Origin: Candidatus Sulfopaludibacter sp.
GTDB lineage: Bacteria > Acidobacteriota > Terriglobia > Bryobacterales > Bryobacteraceae
Length of the DNA stretch: 64,000 nucleotides
Assembly (NCBI GenBank): GCA_035551455.1
Contig: DASZMZ010000066.1
Span: 868-64,867 of the forward strand
Reading direction: 5' to 3'
The position numbers were made by a program, and so were the translations under genes. The notes beneath the pieces were generated by a model that saw only the letters and a list, made by a program, of their open reading frames with translations, made no database searches and was not told the DNA's origin. Of the stretch, positions 10,653 through 20,396 are shown one piece after another. Position 1 is the stretch's first letter, and the number at the start of each line of letters is the position of its first letter.

Positions 10653-13600
10653 CTAATCAGCCGCCAGAGCCGTATCGGGTACTTCGCGCGGCTTCTTCAT
10701 CAATTCCACATCGAGACACAGCGACTGCAATTCGCGAATGAGCACGTTGAAGGATTCGGGGACACCCGGTTCGATGGCTGCCTCGCCCTTCACGATGGCC
10801 TCGTAGATCTTCGCGCGGCCATACACATCGTCGGACTTTGCCGTCAACAGTTCCTGCAGAATGTAAGCCGCGCCGTAAGCTTCCAGGGCCCAGACTTCCA
10901 TTTCGCCGAAACGCTGTCCGCCGAACTGCGCCTTGCCGCCCAGGGGCTGCTGCGTGATCAGCGAATACGGCCCGATGGAGCGAGCGTGAATCTTGTCGTC
11001 CACCAGGTGAGACAGCTTCAACATGTAGATGTAGCCCACGGTCACCGGCTGCTCAAACTGCGTTCCGGTCATCCCGTCGAACAGATTGGTCTTGCCGGAC
11101 GTCGGCAGGCCGGCGTCGGTCAGGGCCTTTTTGATTTCCTTCTCAGTGGCGCCGTCGAAGACGGGGGTGGCGAACTGCACACCCAGCGCCTTGGCGGCCC
11201 AACCCAGGTGAGTCTCCAGAATCTGACCCACGTTCATACGGGAAGGTACGCCGAGGGGGTTGAGGACGATTTCCACCGGCGTTCCATCCGGCAGGTACGG
11301 CATGTCCTCTTCCGGCAGAATACGCGCGATGACACCCTTATTACCGTGGCGGCCGGCCATCTTATCGCCCACCGAAAGCTTGCGCTTCATGGCGATATAG
11401 ACTTTGACCAGCTTGATGACGCCCGGAGGCAATTCGTCGCCCTTGCGGAGCTTGGCGACCTTTTCGTCGGTGATCTTTTCGAGCACCGCGATCTGGCGCG
11501 ACGTCATCTCTTCGATTTCGTCGATTTGCTCGTTCAGCCGCGGATCCTTGCTGGAGAGGCGCATGCGCTTCAGGTCGCGCGATTTCATCTTCTCGATGAG
11601 CTCGCGCGTCAGCTCGGTGTCCTTGCTGAGCAGGCGCTTGTTGGTCTTTTCATCGTGCAGGTCGGCCAGCAGTTTCTTGCCGTCGAGCAGACTTCCCAGA
11701 CGCTTGGCGCGCTCGTCGGTCAGGATTCGAATTTCATCCTGCAAGTTGCGCTGCAAACGCTGGATTTGCGTTTCTTCGATGTTCTTGGAACGCTCGTCCT
11801 TCTCCTGACCCTTGCGGGAGAAGATCTTGCAATCCACGATGGTGCCTTCGATTCCCGGCGGGCAGTAGAGCGACGCGTCCTTCACATCGCCGGCCTTTTC
11901 ACCGAAAATCGCGCGCAGCAGTTTCTCTTCGGGAGTGAGCTGCGTTTCGCCCTTCGGCGTCACTTTGCCCACCAGAATGTCGCCCGGCTTCACCGTAGCG
12001 CCGATGCGAATGATGCCGCTCTCGTCCAGATTGCGTAGGAAGGAATCGGCGATATTGGGGATGTCGCGAGTGATTTCCTCGGGACCCAACTTGGTATCGC
12101 GCGCTTCGATTTCGAATTCCTCGATGTGGATCGAAGTGTAGTAGTCTTCCTTGACCAGCTTTTCGTTGACCAGAATGGCGTCTTCAAAGTTGTAGCCGCG
12201 CCAGGGCATGAAGGCCACCAGAACGTTGCGGCCCAGGGCCAGTTCGCCCAAATCGGTGCAGGGGCCATCGGCCAGTACCGCGCCTTTGGGAATCCGCTGC
12301 CCCACCGCCACGATCGGCTTCTGGTTGATGCAGGTGTTTTGGTTGCTGCGCTTGAACTTGGTGAGCTGGTAGATGTCCGCGCCCACTTCGCGCGAGAGCT
12401 GGCCTTCGTGAGCCGCCCCTTCCACACGAACGATGATGCGCTCGGAATCCACCGAATCCACCACGCCCGGACGCTTGCAGAGCACTACGGCGCCCGAATC
12501 GCGAGCCGTCACGAGCTCCATGCCGGTGCCCACATAAGGAGCGTCGGCGCGCAGCAGCGGCACGGCCTGGCGTTGCATGTTCGAACCCATCAGGGCGCGG
12601 TTCGCGTCGTCGTTTTCGAGGAACGGAATCAGACTGGCGGCCACGCTGACGAGCTGCTTCGGGGAGACGTCGATGTATTCGATTTCGTCCCTCGGCTTCA
12701 GTACGAAGTTGCCGGCCTGACGGGCGTTGGACAGGTCGGGCACGATGCGGCCCTTCTCATCCAGTTGAACGTTGGCCTGGGCGACCACCCACTTGTCCTC
12801 TTCCCATGCGGAAAGGTATTCGCAGTGAGCTTCGTACTCGGCGGGCTGCTTCTTGCCGGCCATCTTGCGATTGGCCTCTTCGGCTTCGCCCCGCTTGACG
12901 ATGTCGCCGACTTTGTAATCGGTATCGCCGGGATTCAGAATCTGCACTTCATCGATCACGACGCCCTTGATGACCTTGCGGTAGGGGCTCTCGATGAAGC
13001 CGTATTCATTGATGCGCGCGAAGCACGACAGCGACGAGATGAGACCGATGTTCGGACCTTCGGGCGTTTCAATCGGGCAGATGCGGCCGTAGTGCGTGGG
13101 GTGAACGTCGCGGACTTCGAAGCCGGCGCGTTCGCGGCTCAGACCGCCTGGTCCAAGAGCCGACAGACGACGCTTGTGCGTGATCTCGCTCAACGGATTG
13201 GTCTGATCCATGAACTGGGAAAGTTGGCTGGAACCGAAGAATTCGCGGATCGCGGCCATTACCGGTTTGGCGTTGACCAGGTCGTGCGGCATCGCCGTCG
13301 ACATTTCCTGGTACACGCTCATCTTTTCCTTGATCGCCCGTTCCATGCGGACCAGACCGATACGGAATTGATTTTCGAGCAGTTCGCCCACCGCACGGAC
13401 GCGGCGGTTGCCCAGGTGATCGATATCGTCCACCGCGCCGATGCCCTTGCGCAGTTTCAACAGGTACTTGATGGTGGCGCGGAAATCTTCCTGGTCCAGC
13501 GTGCGCTTGTCCAGGCTGGTGGCGTCGGCCTTCTCATGCAGCTTGATATTGAACTTCATGCGGCCCACGCGCGAGAAGTCGTACTTGCGCGGGTCGAAGA

Positions 13601-14951
13601 ACATGCCCTGGAAGAGCTGAGTGGCCGTATCCAGAGTCGGCGGATCGCCGGGACGCAGCTTGCGATAGATTTCGATCAGCGCTTCGTTCTGCGTCTTGAC
13701 GCTGTCTTTGCGGATGGTGGACGAAATCACCGTGCCCACGTCGTCGCGCTCGGGGAAGAAGATTTCGAATTCTTCGATCCCGGCTTCCATCAGCTTGCCG
13801 ACCACCGTGGGGGTCAGTTCGCTGTTGGCGTCGATCATGACTTCGCCGGTGGTCATATCGACCACGTCGGCGACTACGTATGCGCCTTCCAGATCGTTAG
13901 CCGCCACTTCGACGCGGTCGATCTTGGCCTTCACGATTTCTTTATAGACCGAAGAGGTGATCTTCTTGCCCTGGCCGACCACGGCTTCTCCGGCCTTGTT
14001 GTTGATGGCGTAGGAGAGCTTGAGCCCGGTCAGACCTTCATCGACATTCCACAGCAGCTTGTTTTCTTTGATGTTGATCTTGCTGACGCGGTAAAACGCG
14101 CGCAGAATCTGCTCATCGGTCTTCAGGCCGAGGGCGCGCAGGAAAACCGAACCGTAGAACTTGCGCTTGCGGTCAATGCGGACGTAGAGCAGGTTCTTGT
14201 TGTCGTACTCGAACTCCACCCAGCTGCCGCGGTACGGGATGATCTTGCCCAGGAAGTAGCCCTGAGCGGGTACGCGTTCGAAGAACACGCCGGGCGAACG
14301 GTGCAACTGCGATACGATGACGCGCTCGGTGCCGTTGATGATGAACGTACCGTTGTCCGTCATCAGCGGAATTTCACCGAAGAAAACTTCCTGCTCCTTG
14401 ATATCGCGGACGCTCTTCTTCAGCGTCTCCGGATCCTTGGAGTAGACCGTGAGCCGGATTGTGACTTTGAGCGGAGCAGCGTACGTCATGCCGCGCTCCT
14501 GGCACTCCTGCATGTCGTATTTCAACTGCAGGCCCACCGGGTCGCCGCACTTATTGCAGAACGTCACAACGTTCTTATTGAAGGTTCCGCAATGGTGGCA
14601 AAGGATGTCGCCCGCGTGGAAAGGATCGGTGCGGATCGTCGCACCGCAATTCCGGCAGGTCGACCGGAGGTGATGCAGCCCTTTCAGGTTGCCGCACTTG
14701 CATTCCCAGTTGCCGATTGAATAATCGACGAACTCCAGATCGCTCACGCCGCGAAAATCGGAAATCGGGAATACGGAATTGAAAACCGTCTGCAGGCCGA
14801 TGTCCTCGCGCTCATTCGGCAGCAAGTCCATCTGCAAGAAACGCTCGTAGGAATTTTTCTGGACTTCGATCAGATTCGGAATCGGGATCGAAGTCTTAAT
14901 CTTTGAAAAATCCACTCTCTCGGGAACGGCGCCGTTATTTTGAATGTCCAT
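10653..14951 (-). CDS. rpoB: DNA-directed RNA polymerase subunit beta (with an N-terminal Cys-rich lineage insertion)
   Basis: 1432 aa with conserved beta-subunit blocks throughout (e.g. [45 protein letters not shown]). Confidence 0.99.
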   Translation of the reverse strand: MDIQNNGAVPERVDFSKIKTSIPIPNLIEVQKNSYERFLQMDLLPNEREDIGLQTVFNSVFPISDFRGVSDLEFVDYSIGNWECKCGNLKGLHHLRSTCRNCGATIRTDPFHAGDILCHHCGTFNKNVVTFCNKCGDPVGLQLKYDMQECQERGMTYAAPLKVTIRLTVYSKDPETLKKSVRDIKEQEVFFGEIPLMTDNGTFIINGTERVIVSQLHRSPGVFFERVPAQGYFLGKIIPYRGSWVEFEYDNKNLLYVRIDRKRKFYGSVFLRALGLKTDEQILRAFYRVSKINIKENKLLWNVDEGLTGLKLSYAINNKAGEAVVGQGKKITSSVYKEIVKAKIDRVEVAANDLEGAYVVADVVDMTTGEVMIDANSELTPTVVGKLMEAGIEEFEIFFPERDDVGTVISSTIRKDSVKTQNEALIEIYRKLRPGDPPTLDTATQLFQGMFFDPRKYDFSRVGRMKFNIKLHEKADATSLDKRTLDQEDFRATIKYLLKLRKGIGAVDDIDHLGNRRVRAVGELLENQFRIGLVRMERAIKEKMSVYQEMSTAMPHDLVNAKPVMAAIREFFGSSQLSQFMDQTNPLSEITHKRRLSALGPGGLSRERAGFEVRDVHPTHYGRICPIETPEGPNIGLISSLSCFARINEYGFIESPYRKVIKGVVIDEVQILNPGDTDYKVGDIVKRGEAEEANRKMAGKKQPAEYEAHCEYLSAWEEDKWVVAQANVQLDEKGRIVPDLSNARQAGNFVLKPRDEIEYIDVSPKQLVSVAASLIPFLENDDANRALMGSNMQRQAVPLLRADAPYVGTGMELVTARDSGAVVLCKRPGVVDSVDSERIIVRVEGAAHEGQLSREVGADIYQLTKFKRSNQNTCINQKPIVAVGQRIPKGAVLADGPCTDLGELALGRNVLVAFMPWRGYNFEDAILVNEKLVKEDYYTSIHIEEFEIEARDTKLGPEEITRDIPNIADSFLRNLDESGIIRIGATVKPGDILVGKVTPKGETQLTPEEKLLRAIFGEKAGDVKDASLYCPPGIEGTIVDCKIFSRKGQEKDERSKNIEETQIQRLQRNLQDEIRILTDERAKRLGSLLDGKKLLADLHDEKTNKRLLSKDTELTRELIEKMKSRDLKRMRLSSKDPRLNEQIDEIEEMTSRQIAVLEKITDEKVAKLRKGDELPPGVIKLVKVYIAMKRKLSVGDKMAGRHGNKGVIARILPEEDMPYLPDGTPVEIVLNPLGVPSRMNVGQILETHLGWAAKALGVQFATPVFDGATEKEIKKALTDAGLPTSGKTNLFDGMTGTQFEQPVTVGYIYMLKLSHLVDDKIHARSIGPYSLITQQPLGGKAQFGGQRFGEMEVWALEAYGAAYILQELLTAKSDDVYGRAKIYEAIVKGEAAIEPGVPESFNVLIRELQSLCLDVELMKKPREVPDTALAAD

Positions 14952-15328
14952 TCGTAAACTCCTGACGGCCGACAGCTAACGCAGAATCGCTGCGTCTACC
15001 AGCACAAAGCCAATGGCGCCCAGGGAGGCAGTGCCTCTCCGGGCGCCGTATGAAGATACCTGGGGAGTAATCGTGTTTCCGATGCGGATCCGAAAACCGG
15101 AGGGTTCGGAGTATGGTGAGTGAAGATGGGATCTGCGGACGTAGCGACACACGAATCCTGTGCGATGTGTACAGGCATGCAAACGCACAGAGATCCCCTC
15201 TCTGCAGTTTCGCCCGAACTGCAATTGAAGTTCCAGGATTCGGGAATCACAGTCACCAATTGGGATCGATCCGGCCTAACCGAAAGCCCAACTATCCACT
15301 CTAGCAGGACTTAAGCCCTGCGTCAAAT

Positions 15329-15407
15329 AGCTCTCAGCAACCAGCGTTCAGCCATCCGCCCGTTAGAGTATCGGGCCGAGAAGCTGACTGCTGACTGCTG
15401 AGAGCTG
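15329..15407 (-). promoter_or_regulatory. rplL-rpoB attenuator-like long-range stem
   Basis: AGCTCTCAGCA (15329-15339) is the exact reverse complement of TGCTGAGAGCT (15397-15407). The structure starts 12 nt after the rplL stop and is followed on the transcript by ATTTG. It sits where E. coli has the partial terminator between rplL and rpoB. Confidence 0.45.
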
Positions 15408-15418
15408 AAAACTGCTTG

Positions 15419-15799
15419 TTATTTCACTTCTACGGACGCGCCGGCATCGACGAACTTCTTTTTGATCGCCTCGGCTTCGTCCTTGCTCACGCCTTCCTTG
15501 ACAGGCTTGGGAGCGCCGTCGACCAGGTCCTTGGCTTCCTTCAAGCCCAGGCTGGTGACTTCGCGAACGGCTTTGATCACGTTGATCTTGTTCGCGCCGG
15601 CCGCCGTCAGAACAACGGTGAACTCGGTCTTCTCTTCCGCGGCCGGGGCTGCAGCGGCTGCTCCGCCGCCCGCCATCATGACCGGAGCGGCTGCAGCCGC
15701 CGAGACACCCAGCTTTTCTTCGAGCATCTTGACCAGCTGTGAAGCTTCCAACAGCGTCAAGCCCTGAATCTGATCCGCAATTGCGTTAATGTCCGCCAT
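15419..15799 (-). CDS. rplL: 50S ribosomal protein L7/L12
   Basis: 126 aa with an Ala-rich hinge and the conserved C-terminal domain [46 protein letters not shown]. Confidence 0.99.
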   Translation of the reverse strand: MADINAIADQIQGLTLLEASQLVKMLEEKLGVSAAAAAPVMMAGGGAAAAAPAAEEKTEFTVVLTAAGANKINVIKAVREVTSLGLKEAKDLVDGAPKPVKEGVSKDEAEAIKKKFVDAGASVEVK

Positions 15800-15830
15800 A
15801 ATCCAAACTCCTTGAAATCAAAATCGTTAA

Positions 15831-16358
15831 TTACTGCTGAAACTTGTTTTCCTTCACGCCCTGATCGACAACCACCGCGAGGTTGCGACCCACGGCGTTC
15901 ATTACGGTCACCAACTGCTGTGCCGGTGCATTGATCACGTACAGCAACTTGGCAAAAATCTCTTCCTTCGAAGGCATCGACGCCAGTTCATTGATGGCCT
16001 TGATGTCGATGGCCCGGCCTTCCACGATTCCGGCCTTAAACGTAAAGGACGGGTTCGCTTTGGCATAAACCGTGAGCGCCTTGGCCAGCGCCACCGGGTC
16101 GCCCGTGGTATAAGCCATGGAGGTCATACCGCGAAGACCCTTCAGCACCTGTTCCGACGGGGTGCCTTCGGATGCGATTTCGGCCAGGTTGTTCTTCACA
16201 ACCCGGTACTTCCCGCCCGCGCCGCGGACCGTCTTGCGCAGTTCGAAATCCTGTCCGACCCTCAGCTTTTCATAGCCGGTGACGAACAGGTTCTGCAACC
16301 GCGCCAGATCCTGACGCAGGGAATCGACGTCTTTATTCTTGTCTTCCTTCTTTTTCAT
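15831..16358 (-). CDS. rplJ: 50S ribosomal protein L10
   Basis: 175 aa of L10-like sequence between rplA and rplL. Only 15 nt separate it from rplA, so there is no room for a separate L10 leader. Confidence 0.95.
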   Translation of the reverse strand: MKKKEDKNKDVDSLRQDLARLQNLFVTGYEKLRVGQDFELRKTVRGAGGKYRVVKNNLAEIASEGTPSEQVLKGLRGMTSMAYTTGDPVALAKALTVYAKANPSFTFKAGIVEGRAIDIKAINELASMPSKEEIFAKLLYVINAPAQQLVTVMNAVGRNLAVVVDQGVKENKFQQ

Positions 16359-16373
16359 GGAAACACCTGTCGG

Positions 16374-17090
16374 CTAAATCGCCGCTGCCGCTTTCACTGT
16401 GAATGGCGTGGTATCGACCGAAACTCCCGGACCCATCGTGGAGCAGATGGTCGCGCTCCTCACATATTTGCCTTTGGCAACCGCCGGCTTGGCTTTGATC
16501 ACCGCCGTGATCAGGCTGGCCGCATTCTCCACCAGTTTGACGGCATCGAAACTGACTCTGCCGACGGGAGCATGGATGATCCCGGTCTTGTCGACGCGGA
16601 ATTCCACTTTACCGGCTTTGATTTCTTTGATCGCCTTGGCCACATCCACCGTCACCGTGCCCGTCTTGGGGTTGGGCATCAGTCCGCGCGGTCCCAGCAC
16701 TTTACCGAGTTTGCCGACCGAACGCATCATGTCCGGCGTGGCAATCACGGCATCGTAATCGGTCCAGCTTTCCGACTGGATCTTGTTGACCATGTCTTCG
16801 CCGCCCACGATATCCGCGCCGGCTTCCTGGGCTTCTCGCTGCTTGTCGCCGCTGGCGATCACCAAAACCTTCTTGGATTTGCCGAGGCCGTTGGGCATCA
16901 CCACGGTGCCGCGAACCATTTGGTCCGCATGCTTGGGATCGACACCGAGGCGCATGTGAACTTCCACGGTCTCGTCAAATTTTGCGAATTTGATTTTCTT
17001 GATGAGCGGGATGGCGTCTTCGAGTAAATACTCTTTAGACTCGACCTGCTTCAACGCGGCTTGATACTGTTTACCTGGTTTTCTTGCCAT
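16374..17090 (-). CDS. rplA: 50S ribosomal protein L1
   Basis: 238 aa with [34 protein letters not shown] and [22 protein letters not shown] Shine-Dalgarno lies just upstream. Confidence 0.98.
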   Translation of the reverse strand: MARKPGKQYQAALKQVESKEYLLEDAIPLIKKIKFAKFDETVEVHMRLGVDPKHADQMVRGTVVMPNGLGKSKKVLVIASGDKQREAQEAGADIVGGEDMVNKIQSESWTDYDAVIATPDMMRSVGKLGKVLGPRGLMPNPKTGTVTVDVAKAIKEIKAGKVEFRVDKTGIIHAPVGRVSFDAVKLVENAASLITAVIKAKPAVAKGKYVRSATICSTMGPGVSVDTTPFTVKAAAAI

Positions 17091-17165
17091 GTCTCCTCAT
17101 TGGTGCAAGCGGTTCGCAAAAAGGCACGAACCTCCCACTGAGCATTATTTTCAGGGACAGAAAGT

Positions 17166-17195
17166 AGTGTACCAGAAAATGCGCAGTTGTGTCTA
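17166..17195 (-). promoter_or_regulatory. candidate sigma70-type promoter for rplA
   Basis: On the minus strand, TAGACA (17190-17195), an 18-nt spacer, then TACACT (17166-17171), about 75 nt upstream of the rplA ATG. Pattern match only. Confidence 0.3.
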
Positions 17196-17215
17196 CTTGG
17201 GAGGAAGTGTCGGCT

Positions 17216-18184
17216 CTAGTAGAGCGCGCCGCCGGCTTGCGTCGAATGGACCACGCCTGCATCGACACTCAGTCGATACGCCGTACCGCCGTCGCCGCGC
17301 CAGGTTTTCACGTCAAAATGGCCGGCCGATGTCACCCGGTAGACGTCGATCCCCGCCATACTGAGCGGCTTCCCTGCCTCGCACACCGACGGCGGCTGCG
17401 TGGTCCTCAGAAAATAGGCCGCGCCCGGTCCCGACACTCGCGCGCTCCCATCCGGCTCGAGGAGCACCGCATTACCTTCGTCCACGGCAATGCTCGATGC
17501 CGGGCGCACTTTGCCGTCAGCCACCAGCCGTGCCAGGAAGACCAGCGTCCGGCCCATACGATCGCGCTTCACCCAGTGGGTGTCGGTGAGGATACCTTTC
17601 AGCAGCGGAATCTGGAGGAAGTCGGTAGTGATGGCGACAGCCGGGTCGAAGGGATTGGCCAGTGCCTGCTTCGAGGTGATGCCGTCGTGCTCCGCGGAGA
17701 AGGAGAACTCGCCCAGCACCGCCAACCCGGCACTCGACCCGCCGACCGGCACACCCTGCCTGATGCGCTCGTTAATGGCGTTGGCGACGGGCGTCCCTTT
17801 CCAGAAGCGGATGTAGTTCCACTGGTCTCCTCCGGCAATCCAGATGACGGAGGCCTTGCGCAGCCGCTCCACCACGCGAGGGTCGCTGGACGCGGAGCGA
17901 TCCTTGAAGAGGAACGTCAGGGCCGAGTTCAGCCCGCCGCCTTCGAGCAGCACCTTGTTCATCGCGTCGGCGCCCGACGCGCGAACGGTGACCGCGTCGC
18001 CGCCGCCGGCTTTTCTCGCAAACCAGCGATAGGCCTCGTCCGTGGTATTGCCGCCGCCGGCCAGCAGGAATCCCGAGGTGGGATGGCCCTCCGCGGGTTC
18101 GGTGCGACCCGCGTGAAAGGACTGGTAGCCCGCCTCTTGGGCGAAGAGTGTGACGGAAAGAAGGAAAAGAGCGCCGCGCGGCAT
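17216..18184 (-). CDS. exported peptidase S51 family protein (cyanophycinase-like)
   Basis: Start at the internal ATG (MPRGALFLLSVTLFAQ signal). Motifs VIWIAGGDQWNY and VPVGGSSAGLAVLGEF match the S51 Ser-nucleophile context. Confidence 0.75.
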   Translation of the reverse strand: MPRGALFLLSVTLFAQEAGYQSFHAGRTEPAEGHPTSGFLLAGGGNTTDEAYRWFARKAGGGDAVTVRASGADAMNKVLLEGGGLNSALTFLFKDRSASSDPRVVERLRKASVIWIAGGDQWNYIRFWKGTPVANAINERIRQGVPVGGSSAGLAVLGEFSFSAEHDGITSKQALANPFDPAVAITTDFLQIPLLKGILTDTHWVKRDRMGRTLVFLARLVADGKVRPASSIAVDEGNAVLLEPDGSARVSGPGAAYFLRTTQPPSVCEAGKPLSMAGIDVYRVTSAGHFDVKTWRGDGGTAYRLSVDAGVVHSTQAGGALY

Positions 18185-18192
18185 GCGCCCGA

Positions 18193-19260
18193 TTATATCG
18201 TGCTGGTTCGCCGCAACGCCTGCACCGCAAGTCCGCCGAGGCTGAGCGCGAGCAGCAGCATCGCCCACTCTGAAAGCGTGGGCACGCTTTGGGTCGCAGC
18301 CGGCGGCCGGATAAAGACGCCGAATGCCGTTGGATTGGCGCCTACGGCGACTGTCGCGGTGACGGTATTGGTGGCAGTATTGATGACCGAGACACTACCG
18401 GCACCGCGGTTGGCCACATACACCTTGGACCCGTCCGGCATCACTGCCAGTCCTATGGGTCCAGTACCGACCGGAATGGTGGAAATGACCGTATTCGTCG
18501 CGCTCGAAATCACCGAGACGTTGCTTGAGACTTCGTTGGTTACATAGACTTTGGAGCCGTCCGGATTGACGGCCACCCCGACTGGACCTGTACCTACCGG
18601 AATCGTAGCGATCACGGTGTTACTTGCAACGGAGATCACCAAAACTGTGTTCCCGCTCAAATTCACTACGTAAACTTTTGTTCCGTCCGGTGTAACCGCA
18701 ATACCTTGGCCCTGCCCGAACCCGGGTATTGACGCAGTGACGGTGTTCGTAGCCGTCGCGATCACCTGCACGGTACCAGTGATACCGACTACATAAACCT
18801 TCGTCCCGTCGGGAGTCAATGCGAGGCCTATAGGGGTGGCCGCTACCGGAATCGTCGCGACCACAGTGTTACTAGCCGTCGAAATGACAGACACGGTTGA
18901 GGAGGACACAGAAGTCACATAGACCGAGGAGCCGCCCGGCGACACCGCGATGCCAATGGGCCCCCCGGCGACAGGAATCGTAGCAAGTACTGTGTTGCTA
19001 GCCGTCGCAATGACTGAAACCGTATTGGAGGTTTGGTTCGCGACGTAGACCTTGCTTCCGTCCGGCGTGACTCCCACTCCCTGGGGAAAAGTCCCCACGG
19101 GAATCGTGGCCACCACGGTATTGGTGGCAGTATCCACGACCGAGACGTTATTGGAAGCGGCATTCGTCACGTAGGCCGATTGGCCGGCCAGAGACGCAGC
19201 GCCAGCAACAACTAAAGCGGTACAAAGCAAACGGCTTAAAATTCTTTTCGAACGCGACAT
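18193..19260 (-). CDS. YVTN-family beta-propeller repeat protein with an IPTL-CTERM-type sorting tail
   Basis: Signal peptide, then about 8 tandem ~42-aa repeats (VYV.N..SNTVSVI.TA.NTV.ATIPVG..P.G.AV.PDGSK). The C-terminus is SVPTLSEWAMLLLALSLGGLAVQALRR. GC is about 48% in a hand-counted 60-nt sample. Confidence 0.85.
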   Translation of the reverse strand: MSRSKRILSRLLCTALVVAGAASLAGQSAYVTNAASNNVSVVDTATNTVVATIPVGTFPQGVGVTPDGSKVYVANQTSNTVSVIATASNTVLATIPVAGGPIGIAVSPGGSSVYVTSVSSSTVSVISTASNTVVATIPVAATPIGLALTPDGTKVYVVGITGTVQVIATATNTVTASIPGFGQGQGIAVTPDGTKVYVVNLSGNTVLVISVASNTVIATIPVGTGPVGVAVNPDGSKVYVTNEVSSNVSVISSATNTVISTIPVGTGPIGLAVMPDGSKVYVANRGAGSVSVINTATNTVTATVAVGANPTAFGVFIRPPAATQSVPTLSEWAMLLLALSLGGLAVQALRRTSTI

Positions 19261-19314
19261 TGCAGCAGTGTACTATACGGCACATGTTGCTGCAAGCTAT
19301 TCTTTTTATTGGCC

Positions 19315-19520
19315 TTATTTCAGTAACAGCGCCCGCGCTTCCGCCACCAGAAAAAGCGACCCTGTAATGAAGATGACGTCGTTCGAAGCGGAGTCCCGCA
19401 CCAGCGCCAGAGCCGATGCCAAGTCGGGTCCACAATGGTCTCCGGCCTCTCCGACACCGCCGCCGGCTTGGGCGAAGAGCGCGGAGAAAGCAGATAGATC
19501 GCGATACGCATGATGGACAG
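19315..19520 (-). pseudogene. orphan folC 3'-end fragment
   Basis: The minus-strand frame reads ...YRDLSAFSALFAQAGGGVGEAGDHCGPDLASALALVRDSASNDVIFITGSLFLVAEARALLLK*. The last ~33 aa are identical to the C-terminus of the intact FolC at 20397-21647. No N-terminal part and no start codon. Confidence 0.8.
19331..19428. repeat. direct repeat copy A (folC 3' end)
   Basis: Hand alignment with 20410-20507 gives 93/98 identical, including an uninterrupted 62-nt identical block (19367-19428 = 20446-20507). All 5 mismatches are synonymous in the folC frame, and homology ends abruptly at 19429/20508. Confidence 0.9.
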
Positions 19521-19577
19521 GGCCGGGAGCCCTATCCTATCAAATGCGGCGTCGTCAGACAGCCATCAGACGGTGTC

Positions 19578-20216
19578 TTACGCGTGAGCGGTTCGCAGTA
19601 GCCGCCAGGCAAGGCCGAACATGAGAATCGTCAGGGCCACCATCGCCCAGGGCGACAGGGCGGGAACTGAAGGAGTCCCGGTCGATCCCACCGATGCGCT
19701 GAGTGCCGAGCTAGGAAGACCTTCGAGACTGAAATACGTGGTGCCGCCATTAGCCGCAATACCCGGGCTAAAGTTTACCGTTCCGCTGTTTCCGCCACCC
19801 GCGATGTTACTGAAGGTGCTCGTGGGTCCCTGGTAATCTTGAGGATCTGTCCCAGCTATCTGGCTCAAGCTACAGTAGCCACTACCAACAAACGTGAAAG
19901 TGCAGATACCATCGCCCTCAAAGCCAAAAATGCCAGTGCCTGAAAAATTGAGGCTGGTGACTGCGGAACCGCTATTGTTTACCACTCCGACCAGGATGTC
20001 TTCAGACTCTTCATAAGGCGTGGCATCCTTCAGGGACACGCTCACCGAGCCATTTGCATTGATCGTCACCACGACGTTACATCCCGTACTCCCGTTGTCC
20101 GGGTTGTGGGGAAAAGGAAGGGGCCCGTTGCCTGCGGGACAAACCGTTCCCGCCCACATCTGAATACTTCCCAGTACCAGAAGACTGGCTGTCAACATCA
20201 GGTGCTTCAATATCAT
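19578..20216 (-). CDS. exported protein with an IPTL/PEP-CTERM-like C-terminal sorting tail
   Basis: GGAGG lies 4 nt before the ATG at 20216. Signal peptide MILKHLMLTASLLVLGSIQMWA, Cys-containing Gly/Ser/Asn-rich body, and C-terminus SVPALSPWAMVALTILMFGLAWRLLR. GC is about 50% in a hand-counted sample. Confidence 0.75.
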   Translation of the reverse strand: MILKHLMLTASLLVLGSIQMWAGTVCPAGNGPLPFPHNPDNGSTGCNVVVTINANGSVSVSLKDATPYEESEDILVGVVNNSGSAVTSLNFSGTGIFGFEGDGICTFTFVGSGYCSLSQIAGTDPQDYQGPTSTFSNIAGGGNSGTVNFSPGIAANGGTTYFSLEGLPSSALSASVGSTGTPSVPALSPWAMVALTILMFGLAWRLLRTAHA

Positions 20217-20396
20217 CGATCCTCCAAAGTCCAGCATTGAGAAAACTGAGTTTAAGTAATGGAAGGAGCGCGGTCAAGAGAGGAAAGTGCCCAGCTGCAA
20301 GCACGAATTAATAATCTGTACTGCTAGATACAATGCTGGGGCTTCAGACCCGCCGACGTGCCGGCGTCTCTTTGTGACGATCACCAAAATGACAGA

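Noticed and set aside
15383-15400. Short tandem GCTGACT repeats, considered as a possible CRISPR or microsatellite
   Set aside because: There are only about 2.5 copies of a 7-mer with no spacer architecture. They form part of one arm of the rplL-rpoB stem region.
19268-19513. Two similar plus-strand ORFs (19268-19513 and 20401-20688) sharing ...ARASATR.SDPVMKMTSFEAESRTSARADAKSG
   Set aside because: Their similarity is just the antisense translation of the folC 3'-end direct repeat. The true coding strand is minus (FolC C-terminus).
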